The notes under the pieces were generated by a model. That model had not been told where the DNA came from. It made no database searches and was given only the letters and a program-made list of their open reading frames with translations. Both the position numbers and the translations under genes were made by a program. A DNA stretch of 64,000 nucleotides from Corallochytrium limacisporum Hawaii. Its lineage: Eukaryota; Protista; Pluriformea. Positions 23,341 through 35,050 of this stretch are shown piece after piece; within the stretch, counting starts at the first letter, position 1, and every line of letters starts with the position of its first letter. The stretch lies in assembly GCA_002811645.1 (NCBI GenBank), contig PDIP01000048.1:1-64000 (forward strand), written 5' to 3'.

Positions 23341-24462
23341 TCACAGATCAACCAAAGCCCGACGGAGCTTGTCTCGGCTCGCCTCATCGAATCCTATTGT
23401 GTCCAGGTATGCATTGATACTTCCGTACTTCTCCTTCACTCTTTCCAATAGCTTATGCATAGTCTCCTCCTGGGCGTCAGCGTAATGGTCAGGCAGGTCG
23501 ATGCTGCGGAACTCCTTCAGAGTCCGCTCCCTCCACGGAAGCATACCCTCACGCGTAAGCCCATAGTCGTGAGCGACAACATCCTCAGGCACACCCGCGA
23601 TCAGCAGCGAGAACGCAATGGTAACACCGGTGCGATCCTTACCGTGGGCACAGTTCACGAGGCAGGCGTGGTTCTTGCGCTCGGAAATCATGCGCAGGGC
23701 CCTTACAAGCGCCGGCTGGCAGTGTTCGAGGAAGTAAAAGTACTCGTCGACCAGCGTCCTTTGCGAAATGATATTTCGTCCGACATACTTGTGGGCCTCC
23801 CTGCTCTGCTCGGCGCTGCCACTGAAATAGTTCATAAAGAAATCATAAGTGAAGTGCCAGGCCAGGGCCATTTTGTCCAGCCATGTCATAGGGTTGATCA
23901 CGGTCTTGTTTACGTAGTTCGATCCGATGAACTCGATGTGGTATTTGCGCCGCTTGCGACCCGTCTCTTCAATGTTTGCGCTCGGAGGGTCCTTCAAAAC
24001 CTTCTCTCTGGCTGTGCCTTCAACGTCAAAGACAAGCTCTACCACCTGGAAATGTTCGTCCACGGACTTTGGACCCCTGTGGCCCTTGGCCTCCCATGCC
24101 GACCGGAGGTCGAGGATGGTAATGATTTGGTACTCCTCGAGTAGTTTCTTGATGTCCTCTGGAGTGGCCTCGTCCGGACGGGCAGAACGGAGAAGGGCCT
24201 TGCGCCTGATCTCGGCCTGACTGCCATCGGGAAGAACGACAGGAAGGCCCCCGGCATCGCGAAGGTTCACCATCTGATCCATGGGCAGGATCCGTGACCC
24301 TTGCTTCTCCAGCTTTGCTTTGCCGGTACTTGTGCTCCTTTCTGCTTCTGTCATTTTGTTTACGGCCCTGCTATAGCTGAGTGTGTGGGCGGATAAATAT
24401 TGCGTAGCGTGCTTATTGCTTGCTATGCCTGTTCTCCTTAGTAGACAAAAGGATCTGAACAT
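23341..24462 (-). CDS. Protein tyrosine/serine phosphatase, IphP/Y_phosphatase3-like
   Basis: 'NLRDAGG', 'LLRSA', 'ILDLRS', P-loop 'VNCAHGKDRTG', 'VAHDY' and 'KYGSINAYL'. The N-terminus looks like a presequence, with a second ATG at 24354. Confidence 0.88.
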   Translation of the reverse strand: MFRSFCLLRRTGIASNKHATQYLSAHTLSYSRAVNKMTEAERSTSTGKAKLEKQGSRILPMDQMVNLRDAGGLPVVLPDGSQAEIRRKALLRSARPDEATPEDIKKLLEEYQIITILDLRSAWEAKGHRGPKSVDEHFQVVELVFDVEGTAREKVLKDPPSANIEETGRKRRKYHIEFIGSNYVNKTVINPMTWLDKMALAWHFTYDFFMNYFSGSAEQSREAHKYVGRNIISQRTLVDEYFYFLEHCQPALVRALRMISERKNHACLVNCAHGKDRTGVTIAFSLLIAGVPEDVVAHDYGLTREGMLPWRERTLKEFRSIDLPDHYADAQEETMHKLLERVKEKYGSINAYLDTIGFDEASRDKLRRALVDL

Positions 24463-25256
24463 CCGATAAGTCTCGGCCGTTTACGTTTTGGCACCTAATC
24501 CGTAGCCTCGGATCGTTTCTCCAAGTACCGGCCCAAAGAACTAAGCTCACGCGACAAATCGAAATAGGGTAAAATAACAAGATCATTTACATATTTAAAG
24601 GGTGTATTTGGGAACCAGTAGAATAACAATCGTCACCCAATTGCCCGCGGCCTCCAATCATAGATCACGCGGAATTAGCTCCGGTCCTCACTACCGTCTC
24701 CAATCGGGTCCTCCCCGGCCCCCCTCCACGTCAAACCGCCGGCCGGGCTCTATTTGTTCGCTATGGGCCCTCGCAGTCTCCCCGGCATCAAACAAAAGTT
24801 ATTTTCCGTAGAAAGACTATGGCAGCGATCTCTCGCGTAGACAACAGAGGGGCACCCCGGCAGGCCCCTCTCTCACGATGAGGTCGGAGTTGCGCAGTAC
24901 CGAACGTAGCAGAGTGTGTGCATTCCAGGGTTGGCACGGTAGTGAATGTACCGCACACTCGGCAACTCCATAGTATGTATGGAGCCCTTCCGTGCGCCCT
25001 ATGAGATTATCAACCTGCTCACCGATCAGCGGATCTAAGGCTACGGGAGCGTATGACAAGACCATGAACAAACAGTAAGGTAGTGTTTTCCTTTGGAATT
25101 CCTTTCTAAACGCGTATATTATGATGACATTATGCATATGGATGGTATGTTGAAAATGATAGAGCAGTAAAAAAAATTGTGTGTCCACAACGGACATCCA
25201 AAGAGAAGCATGCTCCAGCACGCTCGCTAGGATGCCATGATTGTGCAGCCAAGAAC

Positions 25257-25661
25257 TTACTGAGAAGCCTTCTTGCCAGTCTTCTTGGGCAGCAGAACCT
25301 GGTGGATGTTAGGAAGAACACCACCCTGGGCAATGGTGACACCACCCAACAGCTTGTTCAATTCCTCGTCATTACGGATAGCGAGCTGAAGATGACGGGG
25401 AATAATACGAGACTTCTTGTTGTCACGGGCAGCGTTGCCAGCCAACTCGAGAATTTCAGCAGTCAGGTACTCCAGGACAGAAGCGAGGTACACAGGGGCA
25501 CCGGCACCGATGCGCTCAGCGTAGTTGCCCTTGCGGAGGAGACGGTGGACGCGACCAACGGGGAATTGCAGTCCAGCGCGAGAGGAACGGCTCTTGGACT
25601 TGCCGCTCTTTCCGGAGGTCTTTCCGGCCTTACCCTTACCTGCTCCAGCTTTGCCAGCCAT
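25257..25661 (-). CDS. H2A: Histone H2A
   Basis: '[36 protein letters not shown]...[13 protein letters not shown]'. Confidence 0.99.
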   Translation of the reverse strand: MAGKAGAGKGKAGKTSGKSGKSKSRSSRAGLQFPVGRVHRLLRKGNYAERIGAGAPVYLASVLEYLTAEILELAGNAARDNKKSRIIPRHLQLAIRNDEELNKLLGGVTIAQGGVLPNIHQVLLPKKTGKKASQ

Positions 25662-26660
25662 GTTGATTGTTTTGTTAAGTTACTTTTTGAAGTTGAGATC
25701 TGTAGAACTTAGTTGAGGGATCTTCTATGTTAAAAGCTGTGGACTTGCGAGCATATAAATACCCGTACGTGCATTGTGGTACAAACAAAGAGTAGGCAAA
25801 GATGTGCACGTATATGTCTCACTGCAGTTTGCAAAGGAACTGTGGTACAGACGTCGGCAACGCATACGCCTACTACGTAGTTCCAGTACTGCGGCCAAGG
25901 CAAGTTTGCAGTGCCTTGGGGTTCGCGGGTCGTTTTGGTACAATCACTATAGAGTCTGCGCCCAGTCCGGGCCCCGCGTCGGACACAAAAATGTCGCGAT
26001 CCAAACGAAATTTGGGATCGAAAGGGCAAAATATAGTCAATTAGTATCGGTGTACTTTTGATGAGACATTTTTGTCATATAATTAGTATTAATTTTAGAA
26101 AGTACACAACGGTGTTGACATAAAAGAGATAGAGAATACTACGCACATGTATTTTTAGTAAAAATGATTTACAATTATAATATAAATATATGGCGATGTA
26201 AGATTTATTTATTGCAAAGTACACATTTTAAATCAGAACCCTGTTGTTGCTACCCGCGGCGCGTCTCCTTTCCGTAAAAACATTATAGAAATAGGTTTTG
26301 ATTTATTTTTGATTATAAATATAGAATATTGTTACCACTTTTGCATCCGGATGGGTTGTAAATATAGGTTGCTGACCTCGAGGGCGCAAGAGAAACAGCC
26401 AGACGGTCTCATCCAAGGTCATGTCCCCTTCCCTACTGACTCGAGGTTCTCCACCGTGTTTGTTTGCCTGCGCAACAGGCTCCAGTTCAGACGAGCGAGA
26501 GTCATGTCATGGTCCTCCAAAACTACTTCAGCTGTCTAGTTCAAGATAGGCTACATGGCATACAGCTGTGCGTAAAGACAAAGGAGAACGAAGTAGTTCT
26601 TTTCTTAGGGAATTTGTCTTTCGAAGGGTAGAGACCCGAAACGCAAGAGATTAAAACTGT

Positions 26661-28946
26661 ATGTATCGTATAGTTCGGGTTTTTGGAAGGAGTAGAGCTT
26701 CACATCCCCTGCTGTGCGTAAGGACATATATACCAACCAATAGGGCTTGTCGTCAGAACGGACACCGGTGGTATCACCAACAAAGACACATTGACAAGAT
26801 GGCACTGCAGCAGCAGGTAGATGAGCTCGCCGCCAAGCTGGCCGACATGCGGGTGCAGATTGGTCCCGCTGCGTTCGGCGGTCGTGGTGAGGCTTTCGCT
26901 GCCGAACTAAATCGTCTGCGCCAAATGACGGAGGATCTGAACAGCGAGACTGCCCAGAAGCTTCGGGACGATATCAAGGAGACCGGTGACAAGATCCGGC
27001 AGATGAAAGCAGACAAGAAGCCAAAGGACGAGGTCGCCGCTGAAGTGACCAAACTTAACGCCGCGAAGAAGGCATTGGGTAAACTGGCCGGCAGCGCTGA
27101 GGAACGCTTTGACCGCGCTTTGCTCGAGGACGTCGCCAAGCGCCGCTTTATTTTTGGCCTGGCTAACTATATCTACGGTGGTGTGGCCGGTCTCTATGAC
27201 TATGGTCCCATGGGCTGCGCAATCAAGGCAAACTTACTGAACTATTGGCGTCAGTTCTTTGTACTCGAAGAAGATATGCTTGAGGTTGACTGTGCTGCCC
27301 TGACGCCGGAGGTCGTGCTCAAGACTTCGGGTCATGTCGACCGTTTCACGGACAAGATGGTCCGGGACACGGAGACTCACCAGTACTTCCGCGCCGACCA
27401 TCTTCTGGAGGACGAGATGGACAAGCTTATGGCTGACCCCAAGCTTGACGCGAACAAAAAGAAGCAGTACGAGATCATCAAGGGTCAGGCAGACAGCTAC
27501 AGTCTGGAGGAATTGACATCTAAGCTGCGGGAATTCGGTGTCAAGGCGCCCGAAACTGGCAATGAACTCACAGACGCTATCGATTTCAACCTTATGTTCG
27601 GAACGCATATTGGTCCCACCGGCCTAGTCAAGGGTTTCATGCGGCCTGAGACTGCCCAGGGAATCTTTGTCAATTTTAAGCGCCTGCTTGAATACAACGC
27701 TGGACGCATGCCCTTCGGAGCAGCACAGATTGGCAATGCATGGCGCAACGAAATCGCCCCCCGCGGTGGCCTGCTGCGCGTACGTGAGTTCACTATGGCG
27801 GAGATTGAGCACTTTGTGAATCCGGAGGACAAGCAACATCCTAAGTTCGCCGATATTGCGGACCTGGTCGTAAACTTGTATCCGGCTGATCGCCAGCTTA
27901 AGGGAGACGGACCGGTATTCATGACCCTCGGCAAGGCCGTAGAGACGGGTATGATCGACAACGAAACGCTGGGATACTTTGTGGGCCGCATTTATCTCTT
28001 CCTGCGCACGATTGGTCTGCAGGAGAACCACCTTCGGTTCCGGCAACACCTGCCCACCGAAATGGCGCACTACGCCTGCGATTGCTGGGACGCTGAAGCG
28101 GAGACGAGCAGTGGCTGGGTCGAGATTGTTGGCTGCGCCGATCGCAGCGCCTACGATCTCACCCACCACGCGGCGGCATCGAAGACAGACATGGCCGTGG
28201 TGGAGAACTTGGACAAGCCTTACGAGGTCGAATGCATTACGTGCACCCCAAACAAGAAGGTCATTGGCAAGACCTTTGGAAAGAATGCCGCTCCGGTGTT
28301 CAAGTACCTAGATGCAGCCTCCGATGAAGATCTGAAGACACTGATGGACAGCCTGAATGGGGATGGGAAGGCTACTGTCACGGTCGAAGGTGGTGAGACG
28401 CGTGAATTAACGAAGGACATGGTCGCACTTGCTCCGGGCAAGAAGCGCGTGACCACCAAGTCGTACATTCCATCCGTCGTCGAACCGTCCTTTGGTATTG
28501 GCCGCATAATTTACTGTGTGCTCGAACAGAACCTGTATGCCCGCGCTGACGATGCGCAGCGCCAGGTTTTCCGCCTGTCCCCGGCCATCGCCCCGTACAA
28601 GGTCCTTGTGGCGCCGTTGTCCAACAACAAAGATTTTAACCCGGCCGTTTTCAAGCTGTCCACTGCCCTGAAACGGGCCGGTGTGAGCTCCAGGGTTGAC
28701 GCGTCGTCGACTTCCATTGGCCGCCGCTATGCGCGTGCGGACGAGATTGGCATTCCGTTTGGCATCACTGTTGATTTCGAGACTCTGAAGAATGACTCTG
28801 CAACCATCCGTGAGCGTGATACAATGAAGCAAATCCGAGTTCCCTGCGCTGAGATTGCGGACGTAATCAACAATCTCTCAGAAGGACATCTGACATGGGA
28901 GGCTGCGTGTGGCAAGTACCCCGAATTCGTTGGTCAAGACGTTTGA
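26661..28946 (+). CDS. GARS1: Glycyl-tRNA synthetase (eukaryotic alpha2 type), likely dual mitochondrial/cytosolic
   Basis: 'YGGVAGLYDYGPMG', 'SGHVDRF', 'MRPETAQGIF', 'RVREFTMAEIEHF', 'VEPSFGIGRI' and 'IGRRYARADEIG'. WHEP-like N-terminal helices. Second in-frame ATG at 26799. Confidence 0.97.
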   Translation: MYRIVRVFGRSRASHPLLCVRTYIPTNRACRQNGHRWYHQQRHIDKMALQQQVDELAAKLADMRVQIGPAAFGGRGEAFAAELNRLRQMTEDLNSETAQKLRDDIKETGDKIRQMKADKKPKDEVAAEVTKLNAAKKALGKLAGSAEERFDRALLEDVAKRRFIFGLANYIYGGVAGLYDYGPMGCAIKANLLNYWRQFFVLEEDMLEVDCAALTPEVVLKTSGHVDRFTDKMVRDTETHQYFRADHLLEDEMDKLMADPKLDANKKKQYEIIKGQADSYSLEELTSKLREFGVKAPETGNELTDAIDFNLMFGTHIGPTGLVKGFMRPETAQGIFVNFKRLLEYNAGRMPFGAAQIGNAWRNEIAPRGGLLRVREFTMAEIEHFVNPEDKQHPKFADIADLVVNLYPADRQLKGDGPVFMTLGKAVETGMIDNETLGYFVGRIYLFLRTIGLQENHLRFRQHLPTEMAHYACDCWDAEAETSSGWVEIVGCADRSAYDLTHHAAASKTDMAVVENLDKPYEVECITCTPNKKVIGKTFGKNAAPVFKYLDAASDEDLKTLMDSLNGDGKATVTVEGGETRELTKDMVALAPGKKRVTTKSYIPSVVEPSFGIGRIIYCVLEQNLYARADDAQRQVFRLSPAIAPYKVLVAPLSNNKDFNPAVFKLSTALKRAGVSSRVDASSTSIGRRYARADEIGIPFGITVDFETLKNDSATIRERDTMKQIRVPCAEIADVINNLSEGHLTWEAACGKYPEFVGQDV

Positions 28947-29141
28947 AATGTTGCGATTGTGACTCATAGCCAGTCACTCGACTGGCCCGGTTGGGTACGT
29001 AGTTTAGCATGTAGCAATAAATTTCAAGATCATGATTGTAGGCAATATGAATTTTTTTCTAGTAATGTACACTGGGTATTCAATGTTGAAGTATGGTGTG
29101 GTTGCGAGGGATCAAAACGAACACTGCGAGAAACGGCCTGC

Positions 29142-32100
29142 TCAGGTGTTGATCACCAGGATCGAACTCGCACCGGCAATCGCCATCGCAATGAAACAGA
29201 ATCCATAGATGGACGAACGGTCATTGAAGCGAGCAATGTGCAGGCCCAGGACCAGAATATGCCCGATGCTCAGTACGGTGGCAGCAAACAGAAGTAGATC
29301 GTTGCCGAAACCGTAAAGTATTACTTGCGCAAACGAACTGTCCACGAGCCAGGAGAGGATCGGATACTGTCGGTGCATATAGACGCTCTGCTTGATGTCT
29401 TCGTCGCAAAGCGCCAGACAGACAAAGACAAGGATAGGTACCACAATCATCGACACACCGCCAGGCGCCATGTTTCGTTCGCGTTCTTCCCACACTGCCC
29501 AGCGTCTAACATCTTCAACCATTTCTCGTGGATCACGTTTGAATTCTGTTCTAGGGCGAAGGGGAGAGTCTTGCGTCTCCCTCTCAGTGCAAGCGTTGTC
29601 CTCGGCGATGCTGCTATCAGTACGCGACTTTGGTACTAATCCTTCAATATTCTCGGCATGCAGGTCAGCCGGTTCCAAAAGCATGAGCAGCAGCCGTTGT
29701 AGAGCAGCCGTAGCTACGACATTGTCGATTTGTGTCAACTTCTTGCACTCTGGTGAACGCCGGCTTCGATTGGGATCCAATGCCTCGTTCCGGGTCTCCT
29801 CACCGTGGTACCCGCGCAGCGCAGCGACACCGAGCGCCTCAATAACCAACGATCCCTCCGTCCGGGCAAAGTCGAGTGAAGTACGCATCTTCTGCGGACT
29901 GCGGCCTGCCGCGAGCGTAGATGCAGGGCAGGTCACTGTGTGCTCCATTTGAGACACGTACTTGTTGTACGCCTCCTCCACTAGGGATGGCAGAAAACCA
30001 TAGCGGTGGTGGTGCCGGTACTTGCGCGCTCGCTTTGCCGCCTGCGCATTGCTCTCACCCGAGAGGTGGTGGTCGCCTTGATAGTGGCTGTCCTCCGTGT
30101 GGGACGTGTCGCCGTAGAGGGCAAGCAAAGTATTAGTGTACTGCTCGCCTTCGCGTTCGAATTCGTCCATGATTGGCAAGTCCAGCGGCTGTGGTGAGAC
30201 GCGGGGCTTTGGATTGGTCCACCGCTTCCGCGAAATTGCCATGCGTTCCTCGATCTCAGCTTGGAGAGTTTTCGGTCCAGCGAGGAAAGACTGAAGGTTG
30301 CTTAACATCGACATTGTGTCCTTGGAAACGTCTTCAACATGGCCTATCAAGGCCTTGCGGATGACCGGTGCTTTGGCTGTGATATCCATGCTCGCAACGG
30401 CGTCGTCACGCAGTCCCTGCAGGCGGCGCACAAATTTGAGCAATTTTTCCACATCCTCGCGGTACTTGCGGCGTGCCTGGTCCACTTCTTCAGTGGCGGC
30501 CGTAATGGTTGCGGGAAGTTCGAGGGCCAGCGAATCAAAGTCCAGATGTGCAAGAGCTGCCTGAGCGTTGCGCACTGCATACTCGAGCAACGAAAAGACC
30601 GTGACGATGATCGGATCATTTCCTACGTCCTCAACACTGACGTCTCCGCTTAAATCGTCATCTTCGTGCTCCTCGACGTGTTCGTGGGCTTTGCGTGTGG
30701 TCTCCCGCAACTTGTCCATGCGTTCCTTGAAGAATGTACGTGCCTTCGATGGCACTCGTTGCGGCTGTGCCTGGAGTGGCTGTTCCGGTGATGCACCACT
30801 GTTTGAGCTTTTCTTGCTACCGGTTCGCTTCGGAAACATGGTGAAACGCTTCTTTCTCTTATCATTATCAACAACCGTAGGATCTGCGTCATGATGTTCT
30901 TGGTCATTGCCATGATCCTGATCGTGCTCACTGCCTCCGAACGCACTATCGTCCTGTCCTATGCTTGCAGTGGCATCCCTACTGTGATTGTTGCTCGCCG
31001 TCGATCCATTACCCTCATTAGCATCTTGGCCCCTTTCACTCCTGCTCTCCGTTTCGTTCTGCAAAACTTCGATGTCTTCATCCAGCAAAAGTTCTGCCTC
31101 TGCGGGAGCGTTACATAGCTCACATTTTACCAGCCAATGATGACTGACACCGTGCAGTGTCTCCACAATACGCAGGTCATGTTGATCATATGGTACCAAA
31201 TCAATGACCACTTCCCAGTCGGCGCCTGCCTCGAAAACGAGATAGTCTAATAAATCCGCATTCGGGCCCTTGTGGGTGAGCAGGTTCTCCTCATAGATCG
31301 TGTGGTCCTGAGCGCCGCCATTCATCGTGCTGTCCGCATCAGAGCCCCAGTCCGCTCCCTCGTCCTTTGCATTGAGCAAACGTTTAAAACTGATCGTCGA
31401 AGAGCCGGCTATATGGCTCCGCCGCTTCTCCTTCTCCTTTTGATCAACCTGTCCCGAGGCTGTGGAAAGCATCGATGGAGCCCGTAATTTCTGACCGCTG
31501 TCCGAACTGCGAAGCCATTCATCGGATGCAAAACTTCCGCTCCGTCTCCGTCTTCTTGGTGTTGCCAAGGATCCGGCACCCAGTGGCATAGCTGTGAGAT
31601 CTTGCGCTGACAATGAATCGAATCCTTCAGCAATTGACAGTTTCCCTCGCGGCGATAACAGCGATGCCTTTGAGGGGCTCCCGCTTCCACTCAAACCCCC
31701 AAGCGTGAATGCGTCTGTGCTTTGTCTGGTGTTTTGTGGTTGTTGCGCGGACTGATTCTCTTCGTGGATCCCCGAAGCGCAGGCCCACATCAGCGGGGTG
31801 AACCGCAGCATGCCCTCTCGCCGGTTCACTGGTGCATTGGCCCACTCAATCAGCACACGCACACACTCATAATGGCCGTGGTAACACGCCAGTCCAAGCG
31901 CAGTGCTCGGATAGTAGGCCCCATAGTCGACCTCCGTCTCGACCTCTGCGCCAAGCCGGAGCAGGCGCCGGACAACGGAAACGTGCCCAGCGACACAGGC
32001 CAGATGCAGTGGGGTTGCTCCGTCAATCAGTCGTCTTTGATTGGCCATCGCTTTCGGTACAGCCGCGTTCGTGATAAAGGACTGTACGTGCCTTTTCAAT

Positions 32101-32642
32101 CCTAAACGTGCCGCAGTGTGGATTGGTACCTCTCCAAGTAGAACATCCCTGCTGAATAGCATCACGTCGTTATCCTTGACGTCATCGTCAAAAAGACGGA
32201 ATCGTTTCTTTTCCAGGTCCGTGCCGTAAGCCGCAATGTAGCAGAAGGCGTGCAGAAGGGTACTCTGGCTACGTAGGTAATCTGGAACGCTCTTGTAGAG
32301 CGTGCTCAGGTGGGTCGCAGCATTGTCTTCAACCGGATCGAAGGGGACGTTGTCATCCTCCCGGGGACTGCGTTCCCAGTTGTTCTTAGTGGATTTTGTT
32401 GACAGGTTTTCATTCTCCAACGGGATCGGTGCATCCTGTGACGATGGGGTGAACTTAAGCCTCGGTGTCGTCATTGACGTTGTGCTCGGCATTCTACTTG
32501 TGGAAGCAGCCCGCTGTTTGTTCTTGGGCCCGAACTTGAGGAAGCTCAATCGGCCGCTCTTCTTCTTCGTTCGTGGCGGTGCCGGCTGACCCGGCAAAAT
32601 CTGCTCCGACACGGGTGTCACAGGCTCTTGGGTTGCTGTCAT
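29142..32642 (-). CDS. Large ankyrin-repeat protein with coiled coil and C-terminal transmembrane helices, function unknown
   Basis: 1166-aa ORF. Ankyrin motifs 'VPIHTAARLG', 'GATPLHLACVAGH', 'TALGLACYHGH' and 'FTPLMWAC'. About 3-4 hydrophobic segments in the last ~110 aa. Confidence 0.8.
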   Translation of the reverse strand: MTATQEPVTPVSEQILPGQPAPPRTKKKSGRLSFLKFGPKNKQRAASTSRMPSTTSMTTPRLKFTPSSQDAPIPLENENLSTKSTKNNWERSPREDDNVPFDPVEDNAATHLSTLYKSVPDYLRSQSTLLHAFCYIAAYGTDLEKKRFRLFDDDVKDNDVMLFSRDVLLGEVPIHTAARLGLKRHVQSFITNAAVPKAMANQRRLIDGATPLHLACVAGHVSVVRRLLRLGAEVETEVDYGAYYPSTALGLACYHGHYECVRVLIEWANAPVNRREGMLRFTPLMWACASGIHEENQSAQQPQNTRQSTDAFTLGGLSGSGSPSKASLLSPRGKLSIAEGFDSLSAQDLTAMPLGAGSLATPRRRRRSGSFASDEWLRSSDSGQKLRAPSMLSTASGQVDQKEKEKRRSHIAGSSTISFKRLLNAKDEGADWGSDADSTMNGGAQDHTIYEENLLTHKGPNADLLDYLVFEAGADWEVVIDLVPYDQHDLRIVETLHGVSHHWLVKCELCNAPAEAELLLDEDIEVLQNETESRSERGQDANEGNGSTASNNHSRDATASIGQDDSAFGGSEHDQDHGNDQEHHDADPTVVDNDKRKKRFTMFPKRTGSKKSSNSGASPEQPLQAQPQRVPSKARTFFKERMDKLRETTRKAHEHVEEHEDDDLSGDVSVEDVGNDPIIVTVFSLLEYAVRNAQAALAHLDFDSLALELPATITAATEEVDQARRKYREDVEKLLKFVRRLQGLRDDAVASMDITAKAPVIRKALIGHVEDVSKDTMSMLSNLQSFLAGPKTLQAEIEERMAISRKRWTNPKPRVSPQPLDLPIMDEFEREGEQYTNTLLALYGDTSHTEDSHYQGDHHLSGESNAQAAKRARKYRHHHRYGFLPSLVEEAYNKYVSQMEHTVTCPASTLAAGRSPQKMRTSLDFARTEGSLVIEALGVAALRGYHGEETRNEALDPNRSRRSPECKKLTQIDNVVATAALQRLLLMLLEPADLHAENIEGLVPKSRTDSSIAEDNACTERETQDSPLRPRTEFKRDPREMVEDVRRWAVWEERERNMAPGGVSMIVVPILVFVCLALCDEDIKQSVYMHRQYPILSWLVDSSFAQVILYGFGNDLLLFAATVLSIGHILVLGLHIARFNDRSSIYGFCFIAMAIAGASSILVINT

Positions 32643-34503
32643 GATGCCCTTTGATACTAATCTATTTTCTTATTCTTTATGTTCTCAGTTCTCTGTCAGA
32701 TCTGACCCACCATCATCACCTACTTCACATGCCAGATGCATGAGGTGGTCTATATTGGTTCATACTCATTTTCCCAACGTGATCCACTAACAATATACTG
32801 TGTCATTGTGCATGAACCTTTAGAGGCTCTGAAATACGCTCAATGACAGTGATCTGTAGCAACAAAGGCTTATACACAAAACAAAATCATGAACCGACGG
32901 AAGGGATGGGTCTCAAACCCCATCTCGATCTCTCGCCACGGCTGGTGGTTCGTCTCCAGCTCAATCGCCCTTCGCCACTCTCGAGCTCTCTCCGCTCCCC
33001 GCCTTGGGTGGGGCGTACCTCCTGGCCACGAAACTTCCATACTAAATGTATTGCAAAAACAAAACGGCGGCCCCGCCGACCTTTTGTTTCCTCGGGTCTC
33101 CAGTACAAAAAAGTTTTGCTTGGCTCAATCTGTCCGTTCCGGCCTGGCTGCCAGCCTGGCCCTTTGCAAAACCCCCCCCCGCCCCCCAACCACCAACCCC
33201 CGTCTACGGATTTTCAGAACGGCTCTATGTTCCGTGTCAGCCAGAAGCCGGGCAGTACGTCGACCGATGGCCCAAAATAGGTAGAGGACCGAGATCTGTG
33301 CGTATACGTTGTAAAGGCCAACAAAATATTTTCGTGACAGGAGAATTGGTACCCGTTTCTTGCGTTTCTCTGGTTTCTCAGTTCTCGTCGACTCCTTGCC
33401 CTGATCATTTCTTTCCTTTCCATACCGCCCTGAGCTGCGTATATTTGCCATAGAAACTTGCACTTTCCTGTCTCTCTCCCATTTCATTCCCTGTCTCACT
33501 GTACCCTCTCCGTCTCCCTACACCCCCCACTTACATCACTCGTTTCTGCGTCCCTCGCCGCCCACCAAACGTTCTGCCTGCGGTGAAGTACTCATCACAT
33601 TCTGATTCTTTGCAGTTCTGCCCACAAACCTGATCGTTCTTGTACACCAGATCACATGTCATATCCGGATTACTTACTACACAATTTATTAGGATGCTCA
33701 AGGATGTCCATGCTGGATACACAAATGATACCGGCCACACATGGTATCTGTGCTTCAGGGGTGGGCGTAAAACAGTACGCTGCGGACAGCCCCCGCTGCT
33801 CATGTGATGCGTACATACGAGTGTACAGTACTGTGTGACAGATCCAGGTCCCCTTGTTGCGTAAACTCCGCAAGAATAGGCAGGTGCCTCTGGGCACGCC
33901 GACAAGAGTGTGCGATACCACCTACAGAGAGTGCATAAAATCCCTGGGCGGCACACATTCCCATCCCAACAAAATGTGTTTTGTATAATATACGGATACT
34001 TTTATATTAGTGGGATACTCATAGGCAGATCTGATGATGGTGACGGGTGGCCCATGGCTACACATCAAATATACCGTAAAGTTTACAAGAATAAGTATAT
34101 GAAATTAAGATATTTCCCCGGGAGTCGCAGTCGTTGCCCGGGGAGAAGGGGGAACCGTAGAGAAGGGTCTCGCAGGCCAGAGGGGGAGTGTGTCGCCTAT
34201 TGGCTGTGCGGGCCTTCGCGTTCGCAGCCAGGCGGTCATCGGCCCCTATGATTTCAATACACTCGTATACAGTGATCTCAGACTGTACAACTCGTCCAAT
34301 CCTGTACCGAACGTGGAGAGACAGGTGAGATAAACTTCGGAGGCCCGCGAAGTTGCAAACTCTAATCCAGGCATTCTGAAATTTTTGGCGTGAAGGTATG
34401 CTCATCGATATTGTAAAGGTACATCGGTAGCGCAGGTGCGTCTAGACACTCTTTAGTCGACTCCACTATCTATCACAATATTCAGATATCAGAGAAAGTC
34501 AAA

Positions 34504-34788
34504 ATGCAAATGTTTGTGACAGTCGGACTGATGGTCCTCGCGCTGGCAGGATTCGTGCAAGGATGCAGCCGGGACTCGGACTGTGAGGTCGGTAGCTATT
34601 GCCACAGAGATGAGGACCATTCATGCGAACCCTATCTGGAAGCCTTCCAGATGGGCTGCGAAGAATTCAAGTGCGGACCAAACCTTTTCTGCGATCTAGA
34701 GACTTTTAAGTGCGCCCCGAACTTTGTCATTGATTTCTTGGACGATCGTGGATCAGACGGTCGCGTGCCGGCGTCCCAGCGTACCTAA
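34504..34788 (+). CDS. Small secreted cysteine-rich protein (94 aa, 8 Cys)
   Basis: Signal-peptide-like 'MQMFVTVGLMVLALAGFVQG', then C-x5-C-x5-C-x7-C-x10-C-x4-C-x5-C-x6-C. aaaATG context. Confidence 0.72.
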   Translation: MQMFVTVGLMVLALAGFVQGCSRDSDCEVGSYCHRDEDHSCEPYLEAFQMGCEEFKCGPNLFCDLETFKCAPNFVIDFLDDRGSDGRVPASQRT

Positions 34789-35050
34789 TGCAGTTGAAAC
34801 TTGACTTATTCGAGTCAACCACGGATCACTATCGTGGAAATGGATCAATAAGGAGCGGGTACTCCCTTGATCTTAGATGTTAGTCATGTAGAAAGGGTAC
34901 TGAATACAGACTACTTATATCATTACAAGAATACGACCTCTGTTATCTATTTATATGGAATGAGCTGCAACCTGTGGTGTTGTACCTGTGCATTTAGAAT
35001 TGAAATTTTGTATCTAAAACATTTCTTTATATGTTGTCATTGGTTTCTTT

